Assembly: GCA_965224085.1 (NCBI GenBank)
Contig: CBDCYI010000005.1
Coordinates: forward strand, 2,239,424-2,303,423
Direction of reading: 5' to 3'
Length of the DNA stretch: 64,000 nt
Origin: Candidatus Marinacidobacterales bacterium
GTDB taxonomy: Bacteria > Acidobacteriota > Vicinamibacteria > Marinacidobacterales > SMYC01
Below, one piece after another: positions 53,308 through 62,782 of the stretch; position 1 is the stretch's first letter, and every line of letters starts with the position of its first letter. The notes under the pieces are model-generated. The model had not been told where the DNA came from. It did no database searches and saw nothing but the letters and a program-made list of their open reading frames with translations. Both the position numbers and the translations under genes were made by a program.

Positions 53308-53829
53308 ATGCAGCCACTTTACGATCCCGAGGGTGTTCGGCCCATGTGGGAGGAGCTTGCCCAATGCGGGGTCGAGCCCGTGCAAACAAGAGAGAACGTC
53401 GACGAGGCCTTGAAGAGGCCTGGGACAACGCTCGTGGTGGTGAACTCGGTTTGTGGATGTGCTGCCGGCTCGGCGCGCCCGGGTGTGACTCGCGCCCTGC
53501 AACACAGCACAATTCCCGATCACCTCACGACGGTCTTCGCCGGCGTGGACCGTGAGGCCACGGAGCGCGCCAGAGAGCACATGGTCGGCGTTGCTCCGAG
53601 CTCACCTTCGGTGGCTCTTTTCAAAGACGGCGAGCTCGTGCACATGCTTGAGCGACGGCATATAGAGATGATGAACGACGAGATGGTGGCGCAGAACCTG
53701 ACCGAGGCTTTCGACAAGTACTGCTCTCGACAGGGACCGTCCGTCCTCAGAGAAGAGTACGAGAAGGTGGTGCACGCCCGGCAGTGTGGCTCCTCGGTGC
53801 CGCTGTTCGATCCCCTCTCAAACCACTAG
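53308..53829 (+). CDS. BrxA/BrxB family bacilliredoxin
   Basis: NSVCGCAAGSARPG, TVFAGVD.EAT, PSSPSVALFKDG, ERRHIE. Confidence 0.9.
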   Translation: MQPLYDPEGVRPMWEELAQCGVEPVQTRENVDEALKRPGTTLVVVNSVCGCAAGSARPGVTRALQHSTIPDHLTTVFAGVDREATERAREHMVGVAPSSPSVALFKDGELVHMLERRHIEMMNDEMVAQNLTEAFDKYCSRQGPSVLREEYEKVVHARQCGSSVPLFDPLSNH

Positions 53830-54016
53830 CAGGCGCTCTTCTCCCCGGCAAAGTCCAGTCCATCGGGATTGTCTACGCGTTGGCGCTGCTGCGAACTGCC
53901 CGCTAGCGGTGCGGGTAAAGCTCCGTTCGGAACCGGAGACGCGCCGGCGTCGGCTCTACTCAGGGGTAGAGGTGTAAGCTGGTGCGAAGTCCGGCAGCCG
54001 TTCCGAGCGGACCGGC

Positions 54017-54861
54017 TCAAGCAGCGGCGTGTCGAGTGTAATAATGATGGAGACCACCGACCTTTGGAATGGCTCTCACTTTGCCCATCGCCGGTGACTC
54101 TACCCGGCGAGGCTCAGGCGCGTCCTTCTCAAGCGACAAATGAGTCCGGCACGAATGATAGTAGTCGACGTATTTGCGTAGGATTCGCTTCAGGTGCCGC
54201 TCGTCGAGGACGATCACGTGGTCGAGACACTCACGTCGAATGGAGCCGATTATCCTTTCGACAAATGGATTCTGCCACGGGGAGCGCGGTGCGGTAAGGA
54301 CCTGCTCGATCCCGAGACCGTCGACGCGACTATCGAAGTACGCTCCGTAGGTCTGGTCTCGATCCCGTACCAGGTACCGAGGCGCCGTGTCCCATGGAAA
54401 AGCATCGACCATTTGCTGCGCCGTCCACTCGGCAGAAGGATGCTCGGTGACATTGAAATGAACGATACGGCGACGGTCGTGGCGAAGGACGATGAAGATG
54501 AACAGAACTCTGAAGGTTGCGGTCGGCAAAGTGAAAAAGTCGAGCGACACCAAGTCCTTTGCATGATTATCAAGAAAGCTCCGCCAAGTAGGGGACGGTG
54601 GCGTGCGATGGCGAACCATATACTTGGAGACGGCGGCCTGGGAAATGGAGATGCTCAGCTTTGCCAGCTCGCCATGCACGCGGGGAGCTCCCCAGAGAGG
54701 GTTGGCCCTGCTCATGTTCCGTATCAGCTCACGTATTTCGGGAGCGACGCCTGGTCGTCCGGGCCTACGCCGTCGGCTCTTCCAAGTCCAATATCGTCTG
54801 AACCCACAACGGTGCCAGCGGATGACCGTCTCAGGTTTCACGATGACGAGGACGCTCTCCC
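54017..54861 (-). pseudogene. rve transposase type Z copy 2, 5'-truncated by repeat A
   Basis: Near-identical to 42311..43154; identity ends exactly at the CGT terminus at 54862. Confidence 0.9.
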
Positions 54862-54893
54862 CGTCCTGTGCCAAAACTCGACCCATTTGAAAT

Positions 54894-55339
54894 GGGGCTT
54901 ATATCCATGACTAGACAAGCCCCTATTTGGATTCACGAATCAGAAAAAAGCCCTCATAGATGAGCAAGGAGACCGCAAACGGCACCATAACCAGCCACAA
55001 GGTCCCGCTCTCCAGTCCATTGCCCGCCATCTTCGCCAGGTAATTGTAGGGTATAAATGAACCAGCGCCCCCACCAGGACCGTCACCTCGAGCCGAGGCC
55101 ATTCGGTTTCGCCCCGCATCGAACCGAGGATTTTCTCGATGAAAACGAGTACGAGGGCGACGATTGCGAAAGGGTCGATCCAATCGAATATGGGCTTGGC
55201 CGCAGCGGGATTGACGGCGTAGAAGAAGTTGTTGAGCGTCAAAACGAAAGCTACGATGAGCATGAAGCATCCTTTTTAGTGACCGCATATTTCATCTTCT
55301 CCTATTCTTCTGTCGTGTCTAGTCATGGATATAAGCCCC
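54894..55339. mobile_element. 446-bp non-autonomous IS1595-type mini-cassette
   Basis: 24-bp perfect TIR GGGGCTTATATCCATGACTAGACA; 8-bp TSD TTTGAAAT (54886, 55340); inserted inside repeat A. Confidence 0.9.
54923..55288 (-). pseudogene. small multi-TM passenger gene, apparently frameshifted
   Basis: Hydrophobic segments lie in ORF 54940..55263 then switch to the frame of 54923..55288 near 55055. Confidence 0.6.
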
Positions 55340-55486
55340 TTTGAAATAGACCACAAATCAGCAGCTTAGACGCCCTTGGAATCCGCCGACCCTTGGGCTG
55401 CGTGGCGAGCTACGGGCAGTGAACTTCGAACCCGGAAGTCCCTCATTAGACTGGACTTTATCGAGCAGAAGAGCGAACGTTCGGTG

Positions 55487-55918
55487 ATGCCGCAGGATAC
55501 AGGGGTTGGCCGGAACGTCGTTTTGGATGGTTTGGACTTCGCCAGCTTACGGCGGGTCTGGGAGCACACCTTTGGGGCTACTCCTCCAAGCTCGCTCTCG
55601 CGCGTTTTCTTACGCCGTGTTCTCTTGCACGAACGCCAGTGCCGGACCCATGGCTGGCTTTCGGCCGCAACCCGGCGCGCTCTGGCTGCCATGGCGAACG
55701 AGACACCAAGCTCCGGCGCTCCCGCAGGGTCCGTTTCTGCCGGCACCCATCTCTTCCGCGAGTGGAATGGCCGGACCTACCAGGTCGAGGTACTCGACAA
55801 CGGCTATCGGTTCGATGGCAAAACCTATCCGTCCCTCACGGCCATCGCAAAGCGAATCACCGACACCCACTGGTCAGGACCACGCTTTTTCGGTCTGACG
55901 CCCCCGCGCAAGGCCTAA
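55487..55918 (+). CDS. DUF2924 domain protein
   Basis: LRRVW...GTHLFREWNGRTYQVEV...Y.SLTAIAKRIT..HWSGPRFFGL. Confidence 0.9.
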   Translation: MPQDTGVGRNVVLDGLDFASLRRVWEHTFGATPPSSLSRVFLRRVLLHERQCRTHGWLSAATRRALAAMANETPSSGAPAGSVSAGTHLFREWNGRTYQVEVLDNGYRFDGKTYPSLTAIAKRITDTHWSGPRFFGLTPPRKA

Positions 55919-55919
55919 C

Positions 55920-57581
55920 ATGAAGAAAATCCGCTCTGCCATCTATACGCGAAAGAGTGCGGAAGAGGGTCTCGAGCAGGATTTCAACTCCCTCGATGCG
56001 CAGCGAGAAGCCTGCGCCGCGTATGTCGCGAGCCAGAAAGCGGAGGGCTGGGTGCTGCTGCCAACCGTCTACGAGGACGCGGGGCTCTCGGGAGGAACCC
56101 TGGAGCGCCCGGGCCTGCAGCGCTTGCTCGCCGACATCGATGCCGGTCTCGTCGAGCAGATCGTGGTCTACAAGGTCGACCGGCTGACCCGTTCCCTCTC
56201 CGACTTTGCAAAGCTCGTCGAACGGCTCGAGGCGGCCGGCGCGGTTTTCGTCTCGGTGACTCAGTCCTTCAACACCGCGACCAGCATGGGACGACTGACG
56301 CTGCATATGCTGCTGTCCTTCGCGCAATTCGAGCGCGAGGTCACGGCCGAGCGGATCCGCGATAAGGTCGCTGCCTCCAAGCGCAAGGGACTATGGATGG
56401 GCGGCCGCGTACCGCTCGGCTATGAGAAGGACGAGCGCACGCTACGCATCAACGAGGCTGAGGCCGAAACGGTCCGGACGCTCTATGCGCTGTACCGGAA
56501 GCACGGAACGCTCCGGCAGGTGAAGGCCGAGGCGGACCATCTGGGACTGCGCACCAAGCAACGCTTCGCGGCGGATGGAACCCGGACAGGCGGGCTGCCG
56601 TTCCGTCGCGGACACCTCCACTGCCTGCTGACCAATCCTCTCTACGCCGGCCGCATCCGGCACCAGAGGCGTGTCTACGAGGGCCAGCATCCATCGATCA
56701 TTGCTCCGGAGCTCTGGGACGCGGTCCAAACGCAGCTGCAGGCAGGGGCTGCCAAACCAAGGAGACGCACGACGAAGGGCCGTGCAGCCCGTTCCCCACT
56801 GGCAGGCAAGCTCTTCGACGAGACCGGCGACCGGCTGACGCCGAGCCACACCAAAAAGAAAAACGGGCAACGGCTCCGCTACTACGTCTCCCGGCGCCTC
56901 ATCCAGCACAGTGGCCAAAAGGACCTCTCCGGCTGGCGACTGCCCGCCCCGATGCTGGAACAGACCGTCGTGCATCTCATCCGACAGCATGTGGATGCCA
57001 CGACCTTCTCGGCCTCGTTGATCCACACTCCGACGATGCAAGAGCTCGCCTCGGTGCGTCGCTTTTTAGACGGGCTGTGTTCCGGTAGTAATGATGATAG
57101 TGCCTCGGCAGCCCCCCTGCTCCGTCTTATCCGGCGGGTCGACATCAGCCCCGGCTCTGTGTCCATCCTGCTCGACCGCAATGCGTTCGCTGCTTGCCTC
57201 TTTATGGGACCCGAACGCATTCGCGAGGATGCACTCCGCATCCTCGCACCGTTCCGCTTGCGTCGACGCGGCGTCGAGACCAAGCTTGTTCTGGGCAACC
57301 CCACGAAATCCGTCGACCGCACACTCCTGCGCAATATCAGAAACGCCCTCTCCTGGCTCGACCGAATCAAAGCAGGCAAAACCTATGAGCAGATTGCCAC
57401 CGAAAACGCCATCCCAACGGACCGCGTGCGCAAGGCAATCCGTTATGCCTTCCTGGCTCCCGACATCGTCCGCGCCATTGTCGAAGGCCGCCAGCCCGTT
57501 GGGCTGACCTCGAGCTACCTCTTGCATCATCCGCTTCCCGACGATTGGGAGAAACAGCGAGTGCTCGTCAAAACGCTGTGA
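55920..57581 (+). CDS. serine recombinase family protein
   Basis: AIYTRKS.EEGLEQDFNSLDAQRE, YKVDRLTRSL, FAQFEREVTAERIRDK, LP.DW..QR. Confidence 0.94.
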   Translation: MKKIRSAIYTRKSAEEGLEQDFNSLDAQREACAAYVASQKAEGWVLLPTVYEDAGLSGGTLERPGLQRLLADIDAGLVEQIVVYKVDRLTRSLSDFAKLVERLEAAGAVFVSVTQSFNTATSMGRLTLHMLLSFAQFEREVTAERIRDKVAASKRKGLWMGGRVPLGYEKDERTLRINEAEAETVRTLYALYRKHGTLRQVKAEADHLGLRTKQRFAADGTRTGGLPFRRGHLHCLLTNPLYAGRIRHQRRVYEGQHPSIIAPELWDAVQTQLQAGAAKPRRRTTKGRAARSPLAGKLFDETGDRLTPSHTKKKNGQRLRYYVSRRLIQHSGQKDLSGWRLPAPMLEQTVVHLIRQHVDATTFSASLIHTPTMQELASVRRFLDGLCSGSNDDSASAAPLLRLIRRVDISPGSVSILLDRNAFAACLFMGPERIREDALRILAPFRLRRRGVETKLVLGNPTKSVDRTLLRNIRNALSWLDRIKAGKTYEQIATENAIPTDRVRKAIRYAFLAPDIVRAIVEGRQPVGLTSSYLLHHPLPDDWEKQRVLVKTL

Positions 57582-57734
57582 GCCTGCCAGCGCCCACTTC
57601 GTGAATAGGCTCGGTTAGCAGCAAGCTGCTCTCCGACACTGGCCTCCACCAATCAGACTCAAACTGGCCCAAATTTCCTGTCATGGTTTCCAGACTCGGA
57701 TAGCTCCTTGTACTGGACCGTCTGCGGAGTCATC

Positions 57735-58764
57735 TTCGTTTCTTGGCATCCCCGCACTGGAAGACAAGATTGTCCAAGGAGCGGTAGCCGAGGTTTTGAG
57801 CGCCGTCTACGAAGTCGATTTCATCGGGTTCTCGTACGGGTTTCGGCCCGGACGGAGCCCGCACCAAGCGTTGCACGCGCTCCACACCGCGCTCATGACG
57901 CAACGCGTGAACTGGGTTCTCGACGCGGACATCCGCAAGTTCTTCGACTCGGTGGACCACGAGTGGTTGATGCGGATGCTTTCGCACCGGGTCGCCGACA
58001 AACGCATCCTTCGACTCATCCGTCAGTGGTTGCGAGCCGGCGTACTGGAGAAAGGAGAGTGGAGCGAGACAACTGAAGGGACACCGCAAGGGGCAGGTGT
58101 GAGCCCGCTCTTGGCTAACGTCTTTCTGCACTACGTTCTAGATCTGTGGGTTCATCGATGGCGCCGGCTCGAAGCACAAGGCCGTATTTCCATCGTGCGA
58201 TACGCTGACGACTTCGTCATGGGCTTCCAGCATCGGACCGATGCCAGCAGGATGATGAGAGCGCTCAAGGAGCGACTAGCCCGATTCGGGCTTGCGCTCC
58301 ACGAGAACAAGACCCGTTTGCTCGAGTTCGGGAGATTACCTTCCTTGTCACGCGAGCAACGGGGCCTTCGGCGGTGTGCGACGTTCGCTTTCCTGGGTTT
58401 CACTCATTATTGTGGGAGAACCCGCGATGGCCGTTTCGTCGTGAAGCGCAAAACGCAGAGCCAGCGGCTACGAGCCAAACTCAAGTCGCTACGGCTTCGC
58501 GCGAAGCAACGTATGCATGCTCCAGTCGCCGTCCAGCATCGCTGGCTTTGCCAGGTGCTGCGCGGTCACTACGCGTACTACGGACTTCCCAGCAACATCC
58601 GCTCTCTCCAATCCTTTTCTGAGGAGGTGACACGGTTGTGGTTTCGAAGCCTTCGTCGGCGGAGTCAGCGCCGAATGACCTGGCCTCGTTTTCACTTGTT
58701 GTTGGAGCGCTTTCCCCTACCAGTCCCTCACCTCACTCCGTCCCGACTACCTTGCCTTGTCTGA
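57735..58764 (+). pseudogene. ltrA: group II intron reverse transcriptase/maturase, 5'-truncated
   Basis: LGIPALEDKIVQ, SYGFRPGRS, DADIRKFFD, GTPQG, RYADDF, FLGFTH, maturase domain; N-terminal part and endonuclease domain absent. Confidence 0.9.
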
Positions 58765-58785
58765 TTTCGGGTATACCTTCAGGAG

Positions 58786-58854
58786 GAGCCGAGTGCGGGA
58801 AAGCCGCACGCTCGGATCTGTGAGGGCGAAAGCCGAATGGCTGAGCTACTCGAC
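58786..58854 (+). ncRNA. group II intron domains V-VI (3' end)
   Basis: GAGCCGAGTGCGGGAAAGCCGCACGCTCGGATC domain V followed by ...CTACTCGAC. Confidence 0.88.
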
Positions 58855-58912
58855 CATCCCCCCCGTGTCCGAGTAATACTCCATCTCTTGCACGGATTCA
58901 GGTAGACGCTTC

Positions 58913-61900
58913 ATGATCACCCACGGAGACAAAATAATCTTTTCGCCGAGTGACTTGGTGCGTTTCGTCGCCTCTCCGTTTTCCTCTTGGATGGATCGCT
59001 TCAATCTTGAGAATCCGGGTGAGTTGAAACCGGACGAAGAGACAGAGGACCAAAGACTCATCGCCGAAACAGGAAACGAGCATGAGCACTCGGTCCTGGA
59101 GGATTTCAAGGCATCTGGGATAGGGGTCGCCGAAATCGCGACGGACGACATAAGGCAAGCACGTGCCGATACGTTAGAGGCTCTCAAAACGAAGGCTCCC
59201 ATCATTTACCAAGCGGCTCTTGAGCACGACCGGTTCGCCGGCTTCGCCGACTTTCTGACCCTTGACGACACGGAGCAATACCAAGTCTGGGATGCGAAAC
59301 TTGCGCACTCCCCGAAACCCTACTATGCGATCCAGCTATGCTGCTATTCCGAAATGCTTGCGGAATCCGCCGACGAGGCGCTGCCTGAAAAGTTCGGGAT
59401 TATTCTCGGCACAAAAGACAGGGTTGAATTTCGTGTCGAAGATTTTCTCCACTACTACCGTCACTTAAAGGCCGAGTTTCTAGCTATGCAGGACGGCTTT
59501 TCCGGTAACATCGACGACCGCCCGAAGCCGTTGCCTGGAGCTGACCATGGGCGATGGACTTCGCATGCAGAGCACTTCTTTGGGAAAACCGACCACCTCG
59601 TGCGCGTCGCGGGCATCACAGTCGGTCAGATAAAGAAACTGAAGGCCGCGGGCGTAACAACGATGGCCCAACTCGCTGAGGCGTCCGGAACGTCGATTCC
59701 GAAGCTTGCGGAGAATTCTCTCGAAAAGCTTTCCACACAGGCCCGGCTACAATGTGGCACTCGTGAAGACCGGACCGCGAATCCGGGTGCACCGCCACGA
59801 TACGAATTACTCCCTTCAACTGGGCCGAACTATGAGGCCGTCGGCCTTGCCACGTTACCCCCGGTAGATCCTGCAGACGTAGTCTTTGACATCGAGGGCT
59901 ACCCGCTCGTTCCCGGTGGCCTGGAATATCTGTTTGGCGCACGGACCTTCGACGCGAAAACCGGCGATCCACAATTCCATGATTGGTGGGCACACACACG
60001 CGATGAGGAAAAGGTCGCTTTCGAGAGCTTCATCGATTGGATCCACGGCCGCTGGAAAGACAACCCAGCGATGCACATCTACCATTTCGGTGCTTATGAC
60101 GTGGGCGCGTTACGACGACTAAGCACCCGTCACGACACGCGGCAGGACGAAGTCGATGATTTGCTCCGGGGCAACGTATTCGTCGATCTCTATCGCGTAT
60201 TGCGTCGTGGCCTTGTTGTCGGAGAACAAGATTATTCACTGAAATCTATCGAGCGCCTCTATCGGCCTGGGCGATCCACGGATGTGACAACAGCGCTAGG
60301 CTCTGTTGTCCGTTACGCCCATTGGAGTGGGAGTGAGGAGGGGCCGCGTTGGGAAGATAGTGCGATCTTGAAAGGCATCCGGGACTATAACGAGGACGAC
60401 TGCGCTTCAACCTCAGACTTTCTTGCTTGGCTCCGAACGCTCGCCGCTGAAAACAAGATCTCTTACTCGTCGCCTGCCGTCGGGGATTCCTCTTCCAAAT
60501 CCGCTGATTCTGGTGATAAGGAACTGCCGCCTGAGGTGCTCGCTCGACGGGCAGCTGTTGAAAATCTGCGCAAGCGGGATGACTCGATCTCCGCCACACT
60601 TGCAGATCTCGTCGACTTTCATCGGCGCGAGGAAAAGCCGATGTGGTGGCGGATGTTTGACCGCGCCGAAGCGAGTGACGAAGAGCTTTGGGATGACTCG
60701 GGTTGCGTCCAAGGCGTCACGGCTGTTGGCCCACCAGAAGCGGAGAAGCGCTCCCTGGTTCAGACCTACGAGTTCGACCCCTCTCAGGAATGCAAGCTTG
60801 CAGCTGATGGCAAGACAAGGGTTATGTTTTCCCACAACATTGGCGCAACGTTGGGCCTTGCCTCGTTGGACCTTCAGGAAGGACGACTTCAGGTCAAGAT
60901 CAGCCAGAAGGGCTTGGACGAGAAGCTCGGGGGTGCGTTCCCGCACTACGGCTCGTTGATACCAAACGAGTATGTGCCCGCCGCCTCGATACAGGCCGCG
61001 CTTACAAACATTGCGGAGGAGCACCTCGCACAGAAACTGCACCCGCCCATCGTAGCGATGCTGGAACGACAGGCGCCAGTTGCCATCGCCGAGAAGAAGG
61101 CCGAGTCTCAGGTCGATGAAGCTGTCCAAGCCGCGCATTCGATGAATGGCGAATGTCTCGTTGTGCAAGGCCCGCCAGGGACTGGCAAAACGTATACCGC
61201 CGCGCAGATGATCACTTTTTTACTGGATGCGGGAAAACGTGTCGGTGTGGCCTCCAATAGTCACAAGGCCATAGTGCGCCTTCTTGAAGGTAGTGGGGAG
61301 GCACATCGCGCGAATGGCGATACACTTCGTGGCATCAAGATCGGAGGCGACGCAGATATCCAGCTATTCGAGGACAATCCCGAACTCCAGCACATCAAGA
61401 GCAATAAAGACGCTAAGGATGCGTATGGCGGTGGGATCGTCGGCGGAACGGCATGGCTGTTTACCCTCCCAGAGTGGGAGGGCGCGCTCGACTTTCTCTT
61501 CATCGATGAAGCCGGTCAGGTGTCTCTAGCGAATGCCGTTGCGATGGCCCGTAGCACTACGAATCTTGTCTTGCTAGGTGACCAGATGCAGCTTGAGCAA
61601 CCTATCCAAGGGACCCATCCAGGAGATTCCGGGTTGTCGTCGCTGCAATACGTACTTAAGGACTTTGAGGCGAGCAAGCCTGATCGGCCCGTGTATCACG
61701 CCGTCGTGCCTGTGGACCACGGGCTCTTCCTTGGGGAGTCTCGACGCATGCATCCTTCTGTGTGTCGTTTCGTATCTGAGACCGCTTATGAGGGCCGTCT
61801 TGTGTCACATCCGGACTGCGCGAAGCAAGAAGTAGAAATTCCGGAGAACGCCAGCCTAATAACAAAAGGGAACGGCGTTGTGTTTATTGGCATTGAGCAC

Positions 61901-62338
61901 GACGGCAACATTCAGCAGAGCGACGAAGAGATTGCGCAGGTGAAGGCAGTATACGAAGAGCTACTTGGAAGAACGTATCGTACATCAGATGGAAGCGACA
62001 AGAAGCTGGCCTTAGATGACTTCCTATTCATCACTCCCTACAACGCACAAGTTCGCGCTCTTCAAGCGGAACTCCTAGACGGTGCGCGTGTTGGTAGTGT
62101 GGACAAGTTTCAGGGCCAGGAAGCGCCGATCTGCATATTCTCGACCTGCTCAAGCTACGGGGAGTACGGCTCCCGTGGACTTTCCTTTATTCTGGACCGC
62201 AACCGGATCAACGTAGCTCTGTCTCGGGCACAGTGCATGGCCGTCATCGTAGGCGATCCGCGCATCGCAGGTGCTTCGGCTGGCTCGATGAACGAGGTGT
62301 CGTTGCTCAACGTTTTCTGCAAGATCGCGCATTCTTGA
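58913..62338 (+). CDS. TM0106 family RecB-like nuclease fused to RNase H-like and SF1 helicase domains
   Basis: SPSDL, GFADFL..DAK...QLCCY, FDIEG, YSLKSIE, YNEDDC, QGPPGTGKT, DEAGQ, GDQMQL, VDKFQGQEA, NRINVALSRA. Confidence 0.92.
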   Translation: MITHGDKIIFSPSDLVRFVASPFSSWMDRFNLENPGELKPDEETEDQRLIAETGNEHEHSVLEDFKASGIGVAEIATDDIRQARADTLEALKTKAPIIYQAALEHDRFAGFADFLTLDDTEQYQVWDAKLAHSPKPYYAIQLCCYSEMLAESADEALPEKFGIILGTKDRVEFRVEDFLHYYRHLKAEFLAMQDGFSGNIDDRPKPLPGADHGRWTSHAEHFFGKTDHLVRVAGITVGQIKKLKAAGVTTMAQLAEASGTSIPKLAENSLEKLSTQARLQCGTREDRTANPGAPPRYELLPSTGPNYEAVGLATLPPVDPADVVFDIEGYPLVPGGLEYLFGARTFDAKTGDPQFHDWWAHTRDEEKVAFESFIDWIHGRWKDNPAMHIYHFGAYDVGALRRLSTRHDTRQDEVDDLLRGNVFVDLYRVLRRGLVVGEQDYSLKSIERLYRPGRSTDVTTALGSVVRYAHWSGSEEGPRWEDSAILKGIRDYNEDDCASTSDFLAWLRTLAAENKISYSSPAVGDSSSKSADSGDKELPPEVLARRAAVENLRKRDDSISATLADLVDFHRREEKPMWWRMFDRAEASDEELWDDSGCVQGVTAVGPPEAEKRSLVQTYEFDPSQECKLAADGKTRVMFSHNIGATLGLASLDLQEGRLQVKISQKGLDEKLGGAFPHYGSLIPNEYVPAASIQAALTNIAEEHLAQKLHPPIVAMLERQAPVAIAEKKAESQVDEAVQAAHSMNGECLVVQGPPGTGKTYTAAQMITFLLDAGKRVGVASNSHKAIVRLLEGSGEAHRANGDTLRGIKIGGDADIQLFEDNPELQHIKSNKDAKDAYGGGIVGGTAWLFTLPEWEGALDFLFIDEAGQVSLANAVAMARSTTNLVLLGDQMQLEQPIQGTHPGDSGLSSLQYVLKDFEASKPDRPVYHAVVPVDHGLFLGESRRMHPSVCRFVSETAYEGRLVSHPDCAKQEVEIPENASLITKGNGVVFIGIEHDGNIQQSDEEIAQVKAVYEELLGRTYRTSDGSDKKLALDDFLFITPYNAQVRALQAELLDGARVGSVDKFQGQEAPICIFSTCSSYGEYGSRGLSFILDRNRINVALSRAQCMAVIVGDPRIAGASAGSMNEVSLLNVFCKIAHS

Positions 62339-62413
62339 TGGGCGTGCGTGAGAGAGGGGAGCCGAAAAGGTATAATTTGCTCAATGTCACAATCCTCCAC
62401 GGTGCTTCCGCAA

Positions 62414-62610
62414 TTAACCCTAATCGCAAAATCTTCGAAGCACGAAAACGCGAAACAGCCGCACTGGGCGCAGGCGAGAAGCTCGTGCTGGGGCACCCGC
62501 TCGCCGCCACTATAGGTGATTCTGCACGGTGTATGCAGAACCTGGAAAAGGTGCTATTCACGGGGCCAAAGACCTCAGACACGGTGACGTCTATTTGCGA
62601 TTAGGGTTAA
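62414..62610. mobile_element. 197-bp MITE-like element
   Basis: 17-bp perfect inverted repeat TTAACCCTAATCGCAAA at 62414-62430 and 62594-62610. Confidence 0.7.
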
Positions 62611-62643
62611 GTGTTGGCGGCCAGCCCCTAACGGGGATGTCCC

Positions 62644-62782
62644 CGTGAGGTCAAAATACTCATGCGGCTTCCCGATGGTAGAAACGTAGCAACCCGCCAA
62701 AGCCGTTCACGGGAGCGCACCATAGACACTAAGCTGCTGATTTATGGTCTATTTCAAAAGGGCCGAGTTTTGGCACACGACG
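62644..62782. mobile_element. 139-bp chimeric mini-element (end C + inverted repeat A)
   Basis: 62644-62699 matches 48295-48350; 62729-62782 is repeat A. Confidence 0.78.

Noticed and set aside
53308-53829. brxA/brxB as part of BREX with brxL
   Set aside because: Name clash only: the CGC motif identifies a bacilliredoxin.
48234-55369. Repeat A copies as a CRISPR array or integron attC sites
   Set aside because: Irregular spacing, mixed orientation, no cas genes, no attC-like internal palindrome; the copies map to transposase gene ends.
57796-58764. RT as a novel defence, retron or DGR enzyme
   Set aside because: Typical group II intron motifs with domains V-VI directly downstream.
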